NCBI GenBank assembly: GCA_964461505.1
Contig: CAYWUW010000001.1
Span: 33,792 to 97,791 of the forward strand
DNA length: 64,000 nt
Direction of reading: 5' to 3'
From: an uncultured Candidatus Saccharibacteria bacterium
GTDB lineage: Bacteria > Patescibacteriota > Saccharimonadia > Saccharimonadales > HK-STAS-PATE-42
Below are positions 1 to 7,687 of the stretch, piece by piece (positions within the stretch are counted from its first letter, which is position 1; the number at the start of each line of letters is the position of its first letter). The position numbers and the translations under genes were made by a program. Under the pieces are notes generated by a model. That model ran no database searches and had not been told where the DNA came from. It saw only the letters and a list, made by a program, of their open reading frames with translations.

Positions 1-10
1 AGCTTAAGAG

Positions 11-19
11 TGGTATAAT
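11..19 (+). promoter_or_regulatory. extended -10 box TGGTATAAT
   Basis: TGGTATAAT 36 nt upstream of ATG 55; same 9-mer recurs before many genes. Confidence 0.55.
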
Positions 20-54
20 AATTCTTAAAGATTTGAGTTTAGAGATTTTTAAGT

Positions 55-786
55 ATGGCAAGTTTTGATTTAGAACAAGTTAGGGCTTTTGAGAGTCAGT
101 ATTATAAGGAGATGCCAGATTATGTTCGCCAGGCTATAGAGCTAAGGAACAGTGGTTGGCAAGCTTTAGGTCAAGGCGATGAGAGTGGTGCTCAAGAATT
201 GGTTGATTCTGTTCAGTTGCTGGCCGATGACTATCGTGTGTTTGGGGGTGAGAATCTGACCGAGGACATGTTTAGGCATAGCCAGTTAATTAATGCGGCA
301 GGGCAGATTGAGCCTAAAGACTCTGTGGGTAACTATCAGCGAGAGATGGGAGCTAGTTTGGCAAGATTGGCACTAGTGGAGGCTTCAGGGCGAGAATTTG
401 GCGGAGCTGCTATGCTTGCTCGCGCTGCATGGAGATCTTTTTCGCCTGTACAGGGAATGATATCTGAGGAATACAGAAGAATTACTGGGGCAGGTTTTGA
501 GGATCAATACAAGAGCATATTCAGCGGTAGATTGGCCTTGGTGCTGGCCGCATCTGGTAATGCCAGAGATCTTGATTGGGCAGTGAATCTAGCTAGAGAA
601 GCAAGGAGTTTAGCAAGGATTTCGGAAGATCCAAGCAAAGTAGTGTTTGTTGATACAAAGATGACTGACGAGAAGAGAAAAGCCGCCAGAAGAAACCATA
701 AAGCTGCAGCACGGGCGGCAACGCTATCTGCCAGGGCTCCACTTTCGGTGAGTAGAAAGGTTGCGCAAAGAGTTCTTGCAGCTTAA
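55..786 (+). CDS. hypothetical protein (Ala/Arg-rich, no recognised domain)
   Basis: 243-aa ORF after a TGGTATAAT box; GC-richer than neighbours and no internal TAAGCTTA. Confidence 0.5.
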   Translation: MASFDLEQVRAFESQYYKEMPDYVRQAIELRNSGWQALGQGDESGAQELVDSVQLLADDYRVFGGENLTEDMFRHSQLINAAGQIEPKDSVGNYQREMGASLARLALVEASGREFGGAAMLARAAWRSFSPVQGMISEEYRRITGAGFEDQYKSIFSGRLALVLAASGNARDLDWAVNLAREARSLARISEDPSKVVFVDTKMTDEKRKAARRNHKAAARAATLSARAPLSVSRKVAQRVLAA

Positions 787-802
787 GTTTAGGCAAACAC
801 TT

Positions 803-862
803 TTTGACTGGATCCCCGCAACAAGTGCAGGACAGGCCTTCGCGTGCGCTTAGGATGACGGT
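803..862 (+). repeat. hairpin repeat, family A variant (TTTTGACTGGATCCCC ... GGATGACGG termini, different core)
   Basis: shares 5' and 3' ends with copies at 7041, 13311, 56223. Confidence 0.6.
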
Positions 863-881
863 AATCTTTAAGCTACTTAGG

Positions 882-890
882 TGGTATAAT
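882..890 (+). promoter_or_regulatory. extended -10 box TGGTATAAT
   Basis: GGTGGTATAATTAAG upstream of glyQS. Confidence 0.55.
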
Positions 891-905
891 TAAGTTTAAG
901 GAAAT

Positions 906-930
906 AGATCTCTCGACAGGCTCGAGATGA
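906..930 (-). repeat. inverted copy of family E core (TCATCTCGAGCCTGyCGAGAGATCT)
   Basis: reverse complement of the 7316/56095 core with one mismatch; contains ATG 927. Confidence 0.7.
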
Positions 931-2309
931 AAGGTCTAAAGTTTTTTATGGCTGAATATAAAAAGTATTCGATGGAAGATATTGTGGCTTTGTGTAAGAG
1001 GCGGGGCTTTGTGTATCCGGGTTCGGAGATTTATGGTGGTGAAGCGGGTCTTTATGATTTTGGGCCATATGGTGTGGAGCTTTTGAATAATCTTAAAAAA
1101 GCCTGGTGGCGAGCAAATGTTCAGCTTAAGCCTAACTATGTTGGGCTTGATTCGGCAATGTTCAAGAATCCTAAAGTTTGGGAAGCGAGCGGGCATACCT
1201 CTGGCTTTTCTGACCCTTTAGCGGAATGCAAAAACTGTAATCACCGAATTCGGGTTGATAAAGAACTTGAAAAAATTGGCGTTACAGCTGATGAAAAAAT
1301 GAGTGAAGCAGAGTTAAACAAACTTTTTGATGAGAATCGGGATAAAATTAAGTGTCCGAATTGTGGCAAAAAAGATTTTTCTGAAGTTAAGGCTTTTAAC
1401 TTGTTGGTTAAATCTAATTTGGGTGATTTTACGGATGAGGGGAAACGTCCGGTTTATTTGCCGGGTGAGGCTTGCCAGGGTATTTATCTAAATTATAAGA
1501 ACATTTTGGATACAACTAGGCTTAAGGTTCCGTTTGGAGTTGCGCAAATTGGTAAGGCATTTAGAAACGAGATTTCGCCACGTAACTTTTTGTTTAGAAC
1601 TCGTGAGTTAGAACAAGCTGATACGCAATATTTTATTCCACCAAATCAGAATAAAGAAAATTATGAGCGAATTAAAAAAGAACGCTGGGATTGGTATTTA
1701 AGCTTAGGAATTAAAGAAGAGAATTTGAGATGGAGGCAGCATGAGAATCTAGTTTTTTATGCTGCCGATGCTTGGGATATTGAATATGATTTTCCAACTT
1801 GGGGCTTTGATGAGATTGAAGGTCTGCATGACAGAACAGATTATGATTTAACGCAGCATATGAAGTTTTCGGGAACAGATCTAACTTATACCGATCCGCG
1901 GGACGGTGAAAAATATATTCCGTGGATTATTGAAACTTCGGTTGGTTTGGGGCGAATGTTTTTGGCATTTGTTTCTGATGCGTATCACGAGGAAGAAGTT
2001 GATGGAGAAAAAAGAGTTGTTCTTAAGCTTAAGCCAGAATTGGCGCCAATCAAAATGGTGATTTCGCCTCTGCTTAGAAACAAACCAGAGTTGGTAGAAA
2101 AAGCTAAAGAGGTTTTTGAATCTTTATCTAAAAAAGAGATGTGTGAGTATGATGATAACGGCAATATTGGTAAGCGTTATCGTCGAGCAGATGAAATTGG
2201 AGTTCCAAAATGTGTTGTGATCGACTTTCAAACTCTAGAAGATGGAACTGTAACTGTGCGCGATCGCGATACGATGGAACAGGTTAGAGCTGGGGTTGAG
2301 GAGCTGTAA
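927..2309 (+). CDS. glyQS: glycine--tRNA ligase (dimeric class II GlyQS type)
   Basis: MEDIVALCKRRGFVYPGSEIYGG..GLYDFGPYG N-terminus, CxxC..CxxC insertion, class II core. True start more likely ATG 948 or 972, because ATG 927 lies in a repeat. Confidence 0.9.
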   Translation: MKGLKFFMAEYKKYSMEDIVALCKRRGFVYPGSEIYGGEAGLYDFGPYGVELLNNLKKAWWRANVQLKPNYVGLDSAMFKNPKVWEASGHTSGFSDPLAECKNCNHRIRVDKELEKIGVTADEKMSEAELNKLFDENRDKIKCPNCGKKDFSEVKAFNLLVKSNLGDFTDEGKRPVYLPGEACQGIYLNYKNILDTTRLKVPFGVAQIGKAFRNEISPRNFLFRTRELEQADTQYFIPPNQNKENYERIKKERWDWYLSLGIKEENLRWRQHENLVFYAADAWDIEYDFPTWGFDEIEGLHDRTDYDLTQHMKFSGTDLTYTDPRDGEKYIPWIIETSVGLGRMFLAFVSDAYHEEEVDGEKRVVLKLKPELAPIKMVISPLLRNKPELVEKAKEVFESLSKKEMCEYDDNGNIGKRYRRADEIGVPKCVVIDFQTLEDGTVTVRDRDTMEQVRAGVEEL

Positions 2310-2318
2310 TAGCTCCTC
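2298..2318 (+). terminator. possible stem-loop at glyQS stop
   Basis: GAGGAGCT-GTAAT-AGCTCCTC, 8-bp stem enclosing the TAA; weak T tract. Confidence 0.3.
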
Positions 2319-2326
2319 AATTTATG

Positions 2327-2335
2327 TGCTAAACT
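2327..2335 (+). promoter_or_regulatory. extended -10-like box TGCTAAACT
   Basis: 7 nt before ATG 2343; same box at 9509 and 19342. Confidence 0.45.
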
Positions 2336-2342
2336 TAAGTTT

Positions 2343-2711
2343 ATGAATGAAGTTGCGACTAGAAAAGATCTGAAGAAGGTGGAAGATAAGCTTGATAACC
2401 GTATGGATAAGTTGGATCTCCGTATGGACAAATTTGATGCGCGTATGGAAAAGCTTGATGCATCTATTTCTGATTTGACTGATATTATTAAATCTTTTAT
2501 GCAGCAGGTGGACGAGCGTTTTAATAAGGTGGAAGAGAGGCTGGATCGACTTGAAGAAAGTCACGAGCAGTTGCTCAGGACGATTGATTCTTTTATCAAT
2601 AGAATGGAGGAGCATGATGTCGCGAATCATACTAGAGACAGCAAATATGATAAGTTGTTGGCTTGGGCCAGGAAGGTTTCTGAAAAAACTGGAATTCCGT
2701 TGGATATCTAG
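2343..2711 (+). CDS. coiled-coil protein, hypothetical
   Basis: heptad-like DKLDxRMDK repeats; 122 aa. Confidence 0.55.
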   Translation: MNEVATRKDLKKVEDKLDNRMDKLDLRMDKFDARMEKLDASISDLTDIIKSFMQQVDERFNKVEERLDRLEESHEQLLRTIDSFINRMEEHDVANHTRDSKYDKLLAWARKVSEKTGIPLDI

Positions 2712-2822
2712 TTCTTAGACTACTAGGATGATATTGTTATGCGTGGTTCAGAGTTATCTTAAGCTTAAGCTAACGCGGTGAATATTTAGTGGGGCGGAGG
2801 AATTTGTTGTGGGTTCTTCTAA

Positions 2823-3092
2823 CTAATTCCCCGTGCTTGGCTGCGGATTCTTTTTGATCTTAGCCCATTCTTGATCAGTGTTGAACTTTGGCCATTTTTC
2901 TTCTCGCTCTGTTAAACTTAACCATTCGATGATGTAGCAAAAGTTTTGCATATCGCCGATTTCTTCATCCCAAATGATTAGAACTTTAATTCCGTGACGC
3001 TGCATAATAGGCAGAGTATGTTTTTCAAAGCGTTCGTGAAAAGCTCTTCTGGCATTGTTCGGGATTTCGTAAGTTCTGAGTTCGTGAATCAT
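2823..3092 (-). CDS. NIPSNAP-family protein
   Basis: MIHELRTYEI..FHERFEKHTLPIMQRHGIKV pattern typical of NIPSNAP domains. Confidence 0.6.
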   Translation of the reverse strand: MIHELRTYEIPNNARRAFHERFEKHTLPIMQRHGIKVLIIWDEEIGDMQNFCYIIEWLSLTEREEKWPKFNTDQEWAKIKKNPQPSTGN

Positions 3093-3152
3093 TAGCCGTA
3101 ATTATAGCAGTTCTTAAATATCTGTTAAACTTAAGTTGTAGGGCATATTCTT

Positions 3153-3725
3153 ATGGATGCAGAGAAGGTTAATTATGTAAGTTGGAACAGGGGCTGGGCG
3201 GCCATTCGGCGGCATTTGCCGGTTGTTTTAAAGCCTTTGGTTGCTGCGGGAATTGTAAGTTTGATATGGAAGTTGGCTCTATGCGACAACGGGATTAAGT
3301 TTAGTAAAGAGGCCGAAAATCCGGTTCTGTTTATTATAATTCCACTGGTAGGTTTTATTTATGTAATTTTTGCGAGCTTAGCGGTAAATTCTGTTTTTGA
3401 AGAATACAAAACGATTTCGCGTTCTGTGGTGAAATCAGATCTGGAAACTTTTTTGATTCACAGAGATGAACAACTTCCGATAATGATGCATATATTGGTG
3501 GGGGCACCTTCGCTAATCTTAATTTTAACAGCGATGCTTTTTGGATATGGCTCAGCTTGGGCGGGGCTATTTTCCGTTTTTTGTGTTAGTTTTGTGGTAA
3601 CTCTAATTTGGGTAATTGCCACTGAGTTGGATGATTATCGCAAGAGCATTTGGTTTAAGGAAACTATTCCTGAAGAGTGGTACAAAATTGATGTGCAGGA
3701 ATTTTTTAAAGATAAGTTAAAGTAG
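3153..3725 (+). CDS. integral membrane protein, hypothetical
   Basis: four hydrophobic segments; 190 aa. Confidence 0.55.
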   Translation: MDAEKVNYVSWNRGWAAIRRHLPVVLKPLVAAGIVSLIWKLALCDNGIKFSKEAENPVLFIIIPLVGFIYVIFASLAVNSVFEEYKTISRSVVKSDLETFLIHRDEQLPIMMHILVGAPSLILILTAMLFGYGSAWAGLFSVFCVSFVVTLIWVIATELDDYRKSIWFKETIPEEWYKIDVQEFFKDKLK

Positions 3726-3748
3726 GCAGAAGGCCTGGTTCTAGTTTT

Positions 3749-3757
3749 TGGTACAAT
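3749..3757 (+). promoter_or_regulatory. extended -10-like box TGGTACAAT
   Basis: upstream of GH1 gene, followed by TAAGTTTAG. Confidence 0.35.
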
Positions 3758-3830
3758 TAAGTTTAGTGATTAATCTCTCATAATGCTTGAGAGATAGTTT
3801 TTCTAAGCTTATATTCTAGGTTTAAATTTT

Positions 3831-5138
3831 ATGAAGAAGAGTGTTTTTGAAGAAGATTTTTTGTGGGGAGCTGGAATCTCTGCCCACCAGGTTGAAGGTG
3901 GGCAAGATAATAACTGGACGGAATGGGAGCTTTCTAATGCCTCTTACTTGGCTAAATCTGCGTGCAATAAATTTGGTTATTTGCCGAATTGGAATCGAAT
4001 CAAAAAACAGGCAGAAGATCCTAAAAATTATGTTTCTGGAAGAGCAGTTGAACACAAAAAATACTTTAAAAAAGATTTTGAGCTTCTAAAATCTTTAAAC
4101 TTAAATACGCTCAGATTCAGTATTGAATGGAGTAGAGTTGAGCCAAAAGAAGGGGAGTTTAGCAAATCTGGGCTCCAGTTTTATAAAACGTATTTTAATG
4201 AACTTAAAAAGCAGGGGATAGTTCCGGTTGTAACTTTATGGCACTGGAGCTTGCCAAAGTGGTTTAGCGAAAAAGGTGGCTTTGCAAAAAGATCTAATCT
4301 TAAATATTTTGAACAGTATGTGGAGGTTGTGGCTAAGGTTTTGGGGCAAGATTTTAAATATGTAACAATTTTGAATGAGCCAATGGTTTATGCCTATCTT
4401 AGTTATAGAGATGCTAAGTTTCCTCCGGGGGAGAATAGTTTTTTAAAATGTGCAAGAGTTGTATTGAATTTGATTGGCGCACACAAGCGGGCGGCAAAAG
4501 TTCTAATTAAGTTTAGGCAAGATTGTAAAATTGGAATTGCACACAATGTGGTTGATTTTTACTGTGGTGATGAAAAGTTTTTAACTAAGCTTAATGTAAG
4601 GTTCTTGCGCTTTTTGGACAACTTCTTTTTTGTTGATAGAACTAAAAAATATCTGGATTTTATTGGAGTGAATTATTATTTTGCTCAAAGGCATTTTGGG
4701 CTGGGGCTAAATGCTGATAATCTTGATAAAAATAGATCTGATCTGGGTTGGGAGATGCAGCCGGCAAGGTTAGAAAACGCGGTTCATGAAATGTGGTGCA
4801 GATACAAGCTCCCGGTGATGATTACAGAAAATGGGGTGGCAGATTCTGGTGATAAATATCGAAAATGGTGGATTGGTGAGAGTTTAAAGGCGATGATTAA
4901 GCTTAAGAAGAAGGGAGTAGCTCTGTTTGGTTACATTCATTGGTCGCTTTTGGATAATTTTGAATGGGCAGAAGGTTTTTGGCCAAAGTTTGGGCTAATT
5001 TCTGTAGAGAGGGAAACGATGCAAAGAAGGGTGCGCCCGAGCGCAAAGTGGTTTGGGGCGGTTCTTGCTAGAATTCAGAACCCTGGGCCTAGAACTAAGC
5101 CAGTTGCGAGTGCGAAAGAAGTTGAGAGATTGAAGTAG
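3831..5138 (+). CDS. glycoside hydrolase family 1 (beta-glucosidase-like)
   Basis: FLWGAGISAHQVEGG, TLWHWSLP, LNEP, ITENG, DNFEWAEG motifs. Confidence 0.88.
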   Translation: MKKSVFEEDFLWGAGISAHQVEGGQDNNWTEWELSNASYLAKSACNKFGYLPNWNRIKKQAEDPKNYVSGRAVEHKKYFKKDFELLKSLNLNTLRFSIEWSRVEPKEGEFSKSGLQFYKTYFNELKKQGIVPVVTLWHWSLPKWFSEKGGFAKRSNLKYFEQYVEVVAKVLGQDFKYVTILNEPMVYAYLSYRDAKFPPGENSFLKCARVVLNLIGAHKRAAKVLIKFRQDCKIGIAHNVVDFYCGDEKFLTKLNVRFLRFLDNFFFVDRTKKYLDFIGVNYYFAQRHFGLGLNADNLDKNRSDLGWEMQPARLENAVHEMWCRYKLPVMITENGVADSGDKYRKWWIGESLKAMIKLKKKGVALFGYIHWSLLDNFEWAEGFWPKFGLISVERETMQRRVRPSAKWFGAVLARIQNPGPRTKPVASAKEVERLK

Positions 5139-5155
5139 ATTAACAGTGGTGAGTG

Positions 5156-5164
5156 TGCTATAAT
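5156..5164 (+). promoter_or_regulatory. extended -10 box TGCTATAAT
   Basis: 13 nt before ATG 5178. Confidence 0.5.
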
Positions 5165-5177
5165 CCCTCCATATATT

Positions 5178-5816
5178 ATGGAGAGATTTACTGAAAGAGA
5201 TATTAAGCTTTGGCGTGAGTGGATGGATGGTGAAAATAGCTATACTCAGGGCGACGAGAGCCATCCTGCTAAATTTACTGCTGAAGAACAATCTAAGAGA
5301 ATAACCGAGGGGATCCTTAAGGATAGTCCTTCGTTTGGAGAAGGCGCGAATGGGCGTTTACGCAGATTCTTATCTACGGGGCCCCTATTGAGAGAAGCTC
5401 CACTTAAGTTTGAGGAAGTGAAGTATAAAGTGGTTAGAGATTTAGGTAAGTCCGCACATAACCATTACGTAGCGTTAGTTTTTCTTGCTCACACTTTTAG
5501 GGGAGAGCCACTTGAGGGAGCCTTCTCTGGTGTACTTGATGGATTAGAGGCTATACTGTCTGCTAATGCGCAAGATCCGTTACTATTGGAGAGGTTTACT
5601 CAGTTAGACTTAACACTCGGAGGAGATAATATTGCAGCATTTCAAATGTTACAGAGCCTGCAAGATAGGGGGGATATTAAAGGCTTGGAGGATGGTTTGT
5701 ATGATCAAACTGCTAAAGTTCACGCGGGGTTTATAGCGGTTGCTTCTGAATTTGGCTGGCCGGAACCAGGCGTAGATTCAACATTGGACGCAAATCCTTG
5801 GAGTATTACGGTATAA
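5178..5816 (+). CDS. hypothetical protein
   Basis: 212-aa ORF with its own -10 box; no recognised domain. Confidence 0.5.
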   Translation: MERFTERDIKLWREWMDGENSYTQGDESHPAKFTAEEQSKRITEGILKDSPSFGEGANGRLRRFLSTGPLLREAPLKFEEVKYKVVRDLGKSAHNHYVALVFLAHTFRGEPLEGAFSGVLDGLEAILSANAQDPLLLERFTQLDLTLGGDNIAAFQMLQSLQDRGDIKGLEDGLYDQTAKVHAGFIAVASEFGWPEPGVDSTLDANPWSITV

Positions 5817-5924
5817 CTTTTACACAGGGTGTGGAGAAGTTATGCACAGGTGGTTTTGCTGACCGCTGTTTCTGGCTCTTAGATTTAGCTTAAGCTTAGC
5901 GTTTTTAACTCTAACTACTTGAAT

Positions 5925-5972
5925 GTGGGTAAGTGTGGGTAGTAGACTAGGATTAGTGGGTAGATGTGGGTA
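5925..5972 (+). promoter_or_regulatory. four direct GTGGGTA repeats (candidate MraZ operator)
   Basis: GTGGGTA at 5925, 5935, 5956, 5966 (spacing 10/21/10), about 80 nt upstream of mraZ. Confidence 0.6.
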
Positions 5973-6050
5973 AGCCACAGTTCTGGCTAAATAGCCGGTG
6001 TTGGTTTATCAAAAAACAAAAATTCCCACGAAGCTTAAAACTTCAAAAAA

Positions 6051-6422
6051 ATGGCCAAAGTGGATTACTTCTCTCGAAAACTTGACGATAAAAATCGTTT
6101 AACTTTGCCTCAAGAGGTAAGGGATGAGTTTGCGGAAGGGATGATAATTACACAAGGCTTTGGTACCTATCTGCATGCTTACCCTATGAGTGTATGGCAG
6201 CAAGATGTGGAATCGCGTTTAAAGGGAGATATCCTGGATGAACGTATTGCAGATCTTAATGTTAGATTTCGGATGGGAAAAAAAGAGCTGGTACCAGATG
6301 TAAAGCAGGGTAGAATCACGTTAGATTCTAGTTTGCTTAAGCTTGCCGAAATTAGGCAAGATATCGTGGCGGTTCGAGTCGGCCAGTATTGGCGGCTCGG
6401 ATCTCCCGAAAAAATCTTATAA
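6051..6422 (+). CDS. mraZ: transcriptional regulator MraZ (short form)
   Basis: two SpoVT/AbrB-like halves with LDDKNRLTLP and KQGRITLD (DxxxR-type) motifs. Confidence 0.7.
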   Translation: MAKVDYFSRKLDDKNRLTLPQEVRDEFAEGMIITQGFGTYLHAYPMSVWQQDVESRLKGDILDERIADLNVRFRMGKKELVPDVKQGRITLDSSLLKLAEIRQDIVAVRVGQYWRLGSPEKIL

Positions 6423-6764
6423 GATTTTTTGCACATTAACAAAATGGTTCTTTTTGGTAGTTTAAATATTGCTACCGAACAATCGGCGGTGGAACTGAAG
6501 GCCACCACTTTAAAATAGCCTTAGTACATGGTAACTTCTGTTGGTTTGTAAAATCTAACTTGGTGAGGCTGATTTTGAATTGAACTACTCTTTTTTTAGG
6601 AGGTATAGCTCGCAAGGATTCAAAAGTTTGAGGCCGCATTATTCTTTGATTTTTACCGACTTTGGTTATAAAAAAATCTCTCACTTCACATAAGTCTCTC
6701 TGGTTTTGGGTATAGATTATCTGAAACTCTTTACAAAAATAAAAAATTGCAAAAATAAAAAGCT

Positions 6765-6957
6765 GGTTGTTCGATAATGATATTTAAGCTCAAACTTGCT
6801 TGCAGTGGGGTTTTATTTTTAGATCCCCAATCAAGTTGGGGATGACGTGAGGGTTTAGGTTGTTCGATAATGATATTTAAGCTTAAGTTTTTTAAGTTTA
6901 ATTTTGCTTGTAGGAGGATCTTATTTTTAGATTCCCGCCTGCGCGGGGATGACGGTG
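6765..6957 (+). repeat. two tandem units of about 93 bp
   Basis: GGTTGTTCGATAATGATATTTAAGCT at 6765 and 6858. Each unit is followed by TTGCTTG.AG, TTATTTTTAGAT and a CCCC..GGGGATGACG hairpin. Confidence 0.75.
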
Positions 6958-7040
6958 GTGGGCTATCTCCTCGTTTTCTATAAAAAGTAGGGGATATTCC
7001 AGACGAGCTGGAATAAGTTCTGCTCTTGTTTGTGTATTCT

Positions 7041-7098
7041 TTTGACTGGATCCCCAGTCGAGCATGTCATGGCGACATGCCATGGCTGGGGATGACGG
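7041..7098 (+). repeat. hairpin repeat family A copy
   Basis: TTTGACTGGATCCCCAGTCGAGCATGTCATGGCGACATGCCATGGCTGGGGATGACGG; near-identical at 13311 and 56223. Confidence 0.85.
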
Positions 7099-7126
7099 TG
7101 GCGGGGATTAAGCCTGGCCTTCCTAT

Positions 7127-7194
7127 TCCTCCCTTTGGGGGAGAGCCTGCCCCGCATTCATTGCGGGGTGGCCTGAAAGGCCGGAGGGGGCTTT
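7127..7194 (+). repeat. structured repeat family B copy
   Basis: CCTCCC-TTT-GGGGGAG, CCCCGCA-TTCAT-TGCGGGG, GGCC-TGAAA-GGCC; second copy at 12961. Confidence 0.8.
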
Positions 7195-7302
7195 CTAGAG
7201 TTTGTTAAGCTTAGCTTTCTTTTCCTCTTGCGTAGCATGGGTCCCGGCCTGCGCTGGGATGATTTAGAAAGGAGTGGGGGTGACGTGATGGGAACTTAAG
7301 TT

Positions 7303-7354
7303 TAGCCTAAGAATTGTCATCTCGAGCCTGCCGAGAGATCTCTATGGGTTTCAG
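7303..7354 (+). repeat. repeat family E copy
   Basis: TAGCCTAAGAATTGTCATCTCGAGCCTGCCGAGAGATCTCTATGGGTTTCAG; copy at 56082, inverted core at 906. Confidence 0.85.
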
Positions 7355-7444
7355 CATGGGCACCTTTCTGTTATCCCGGCACTGAAATTAATTCAGCATA
7401 AACTCTGGCCGGGATCCAATCAATAGAGAAATCATCTTTTATCC

Positions 7445-7471
7445 TTCTTTTTTCAAAAAAGAAACAAAAAC
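7445..7471 (+). repeat. repeat family C (TTCTTTTTTCAAAAAAGAAACAAAAAC palindrome)
   Basis: copies at 10991 and 47140. Confidence 0.8.
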
Positions 7472-7477
7472 TTTTGC

Positions 7478-7559
7478 ACTGCGGAAGCTACGCTTAAGCT
7501 TAATATAGAATCTAGACCTTACTAGCTCGCTCCATCCTCGGGCGAACTTGTTGGACGAT
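7478..7559 (+). repeat. repeat family D, about 82 bp
   Basis: CTGCGGAAGCTACGCTTAAG...CCTTACTAGCTCGCTCCATCCTCGGGCGA; second copy at 13127. Confidence 0.85.
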
Positions 7560-7669
7560 CTTGGAAAGAACAATATCTCGCCACCAAGCTTAACTGAAAA
7601 GCCCCAGAGCGTCGTTATCTTTACGAAAGGGGGTTTAGTTTAAGATGTCCGTTGTGTCTTTTGATTGGG

Positions 7670-7678
7670 TGGTATAAT
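7670..7678 (+). promoter_or_regulatory. extended -10 box TGGTATAAT
   Basis: 9 nt before ATG 7688, implying a 2-3 nt leader. Confidence 0.6.
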
Positions 7679-7687
7679 AACAGGGAT

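Noticed and set aside
882-890. T-box leaders upstream of the aminoacyl-tRNA synthetase genes (GGTGGTATAAT resembles the T-box GGTGGTACC core)
   Set aside because: The same 9-mer precedes non-synthetase genes, lies only 6-40 nt from start codons, and there is no room for specifier or antiterminator helices. It is a -10 promoter box.
6472-6684. 70-aa minus-strand ORF after mraZ (possible toxin or antitoxin, or a remnant gene)
   Set aside because: It has no recognisable motif, no promoter or ribosome-binding site, and lies in a region of hairpins. There is insufficient support for a call.
6898-7208. ORFs 6898-7083 (-) and 7026-7208 (+)
   Set aside because: Both are composed entirely of translated palindromic repeat units (families A and B). 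The same pseudo-peptides would arise at every repeat copy.
6720-7650. Possible CRISPR array, because of many short GC-rich palindromic repeats in an AT-rich non-coding stretch
   Set aside because: The repeats belong to several different families, have irregular lengths and spacing, recur in shuffled order at other loci, and no cas genes are nearby. This is REP/MITE-like, not CRISPR.
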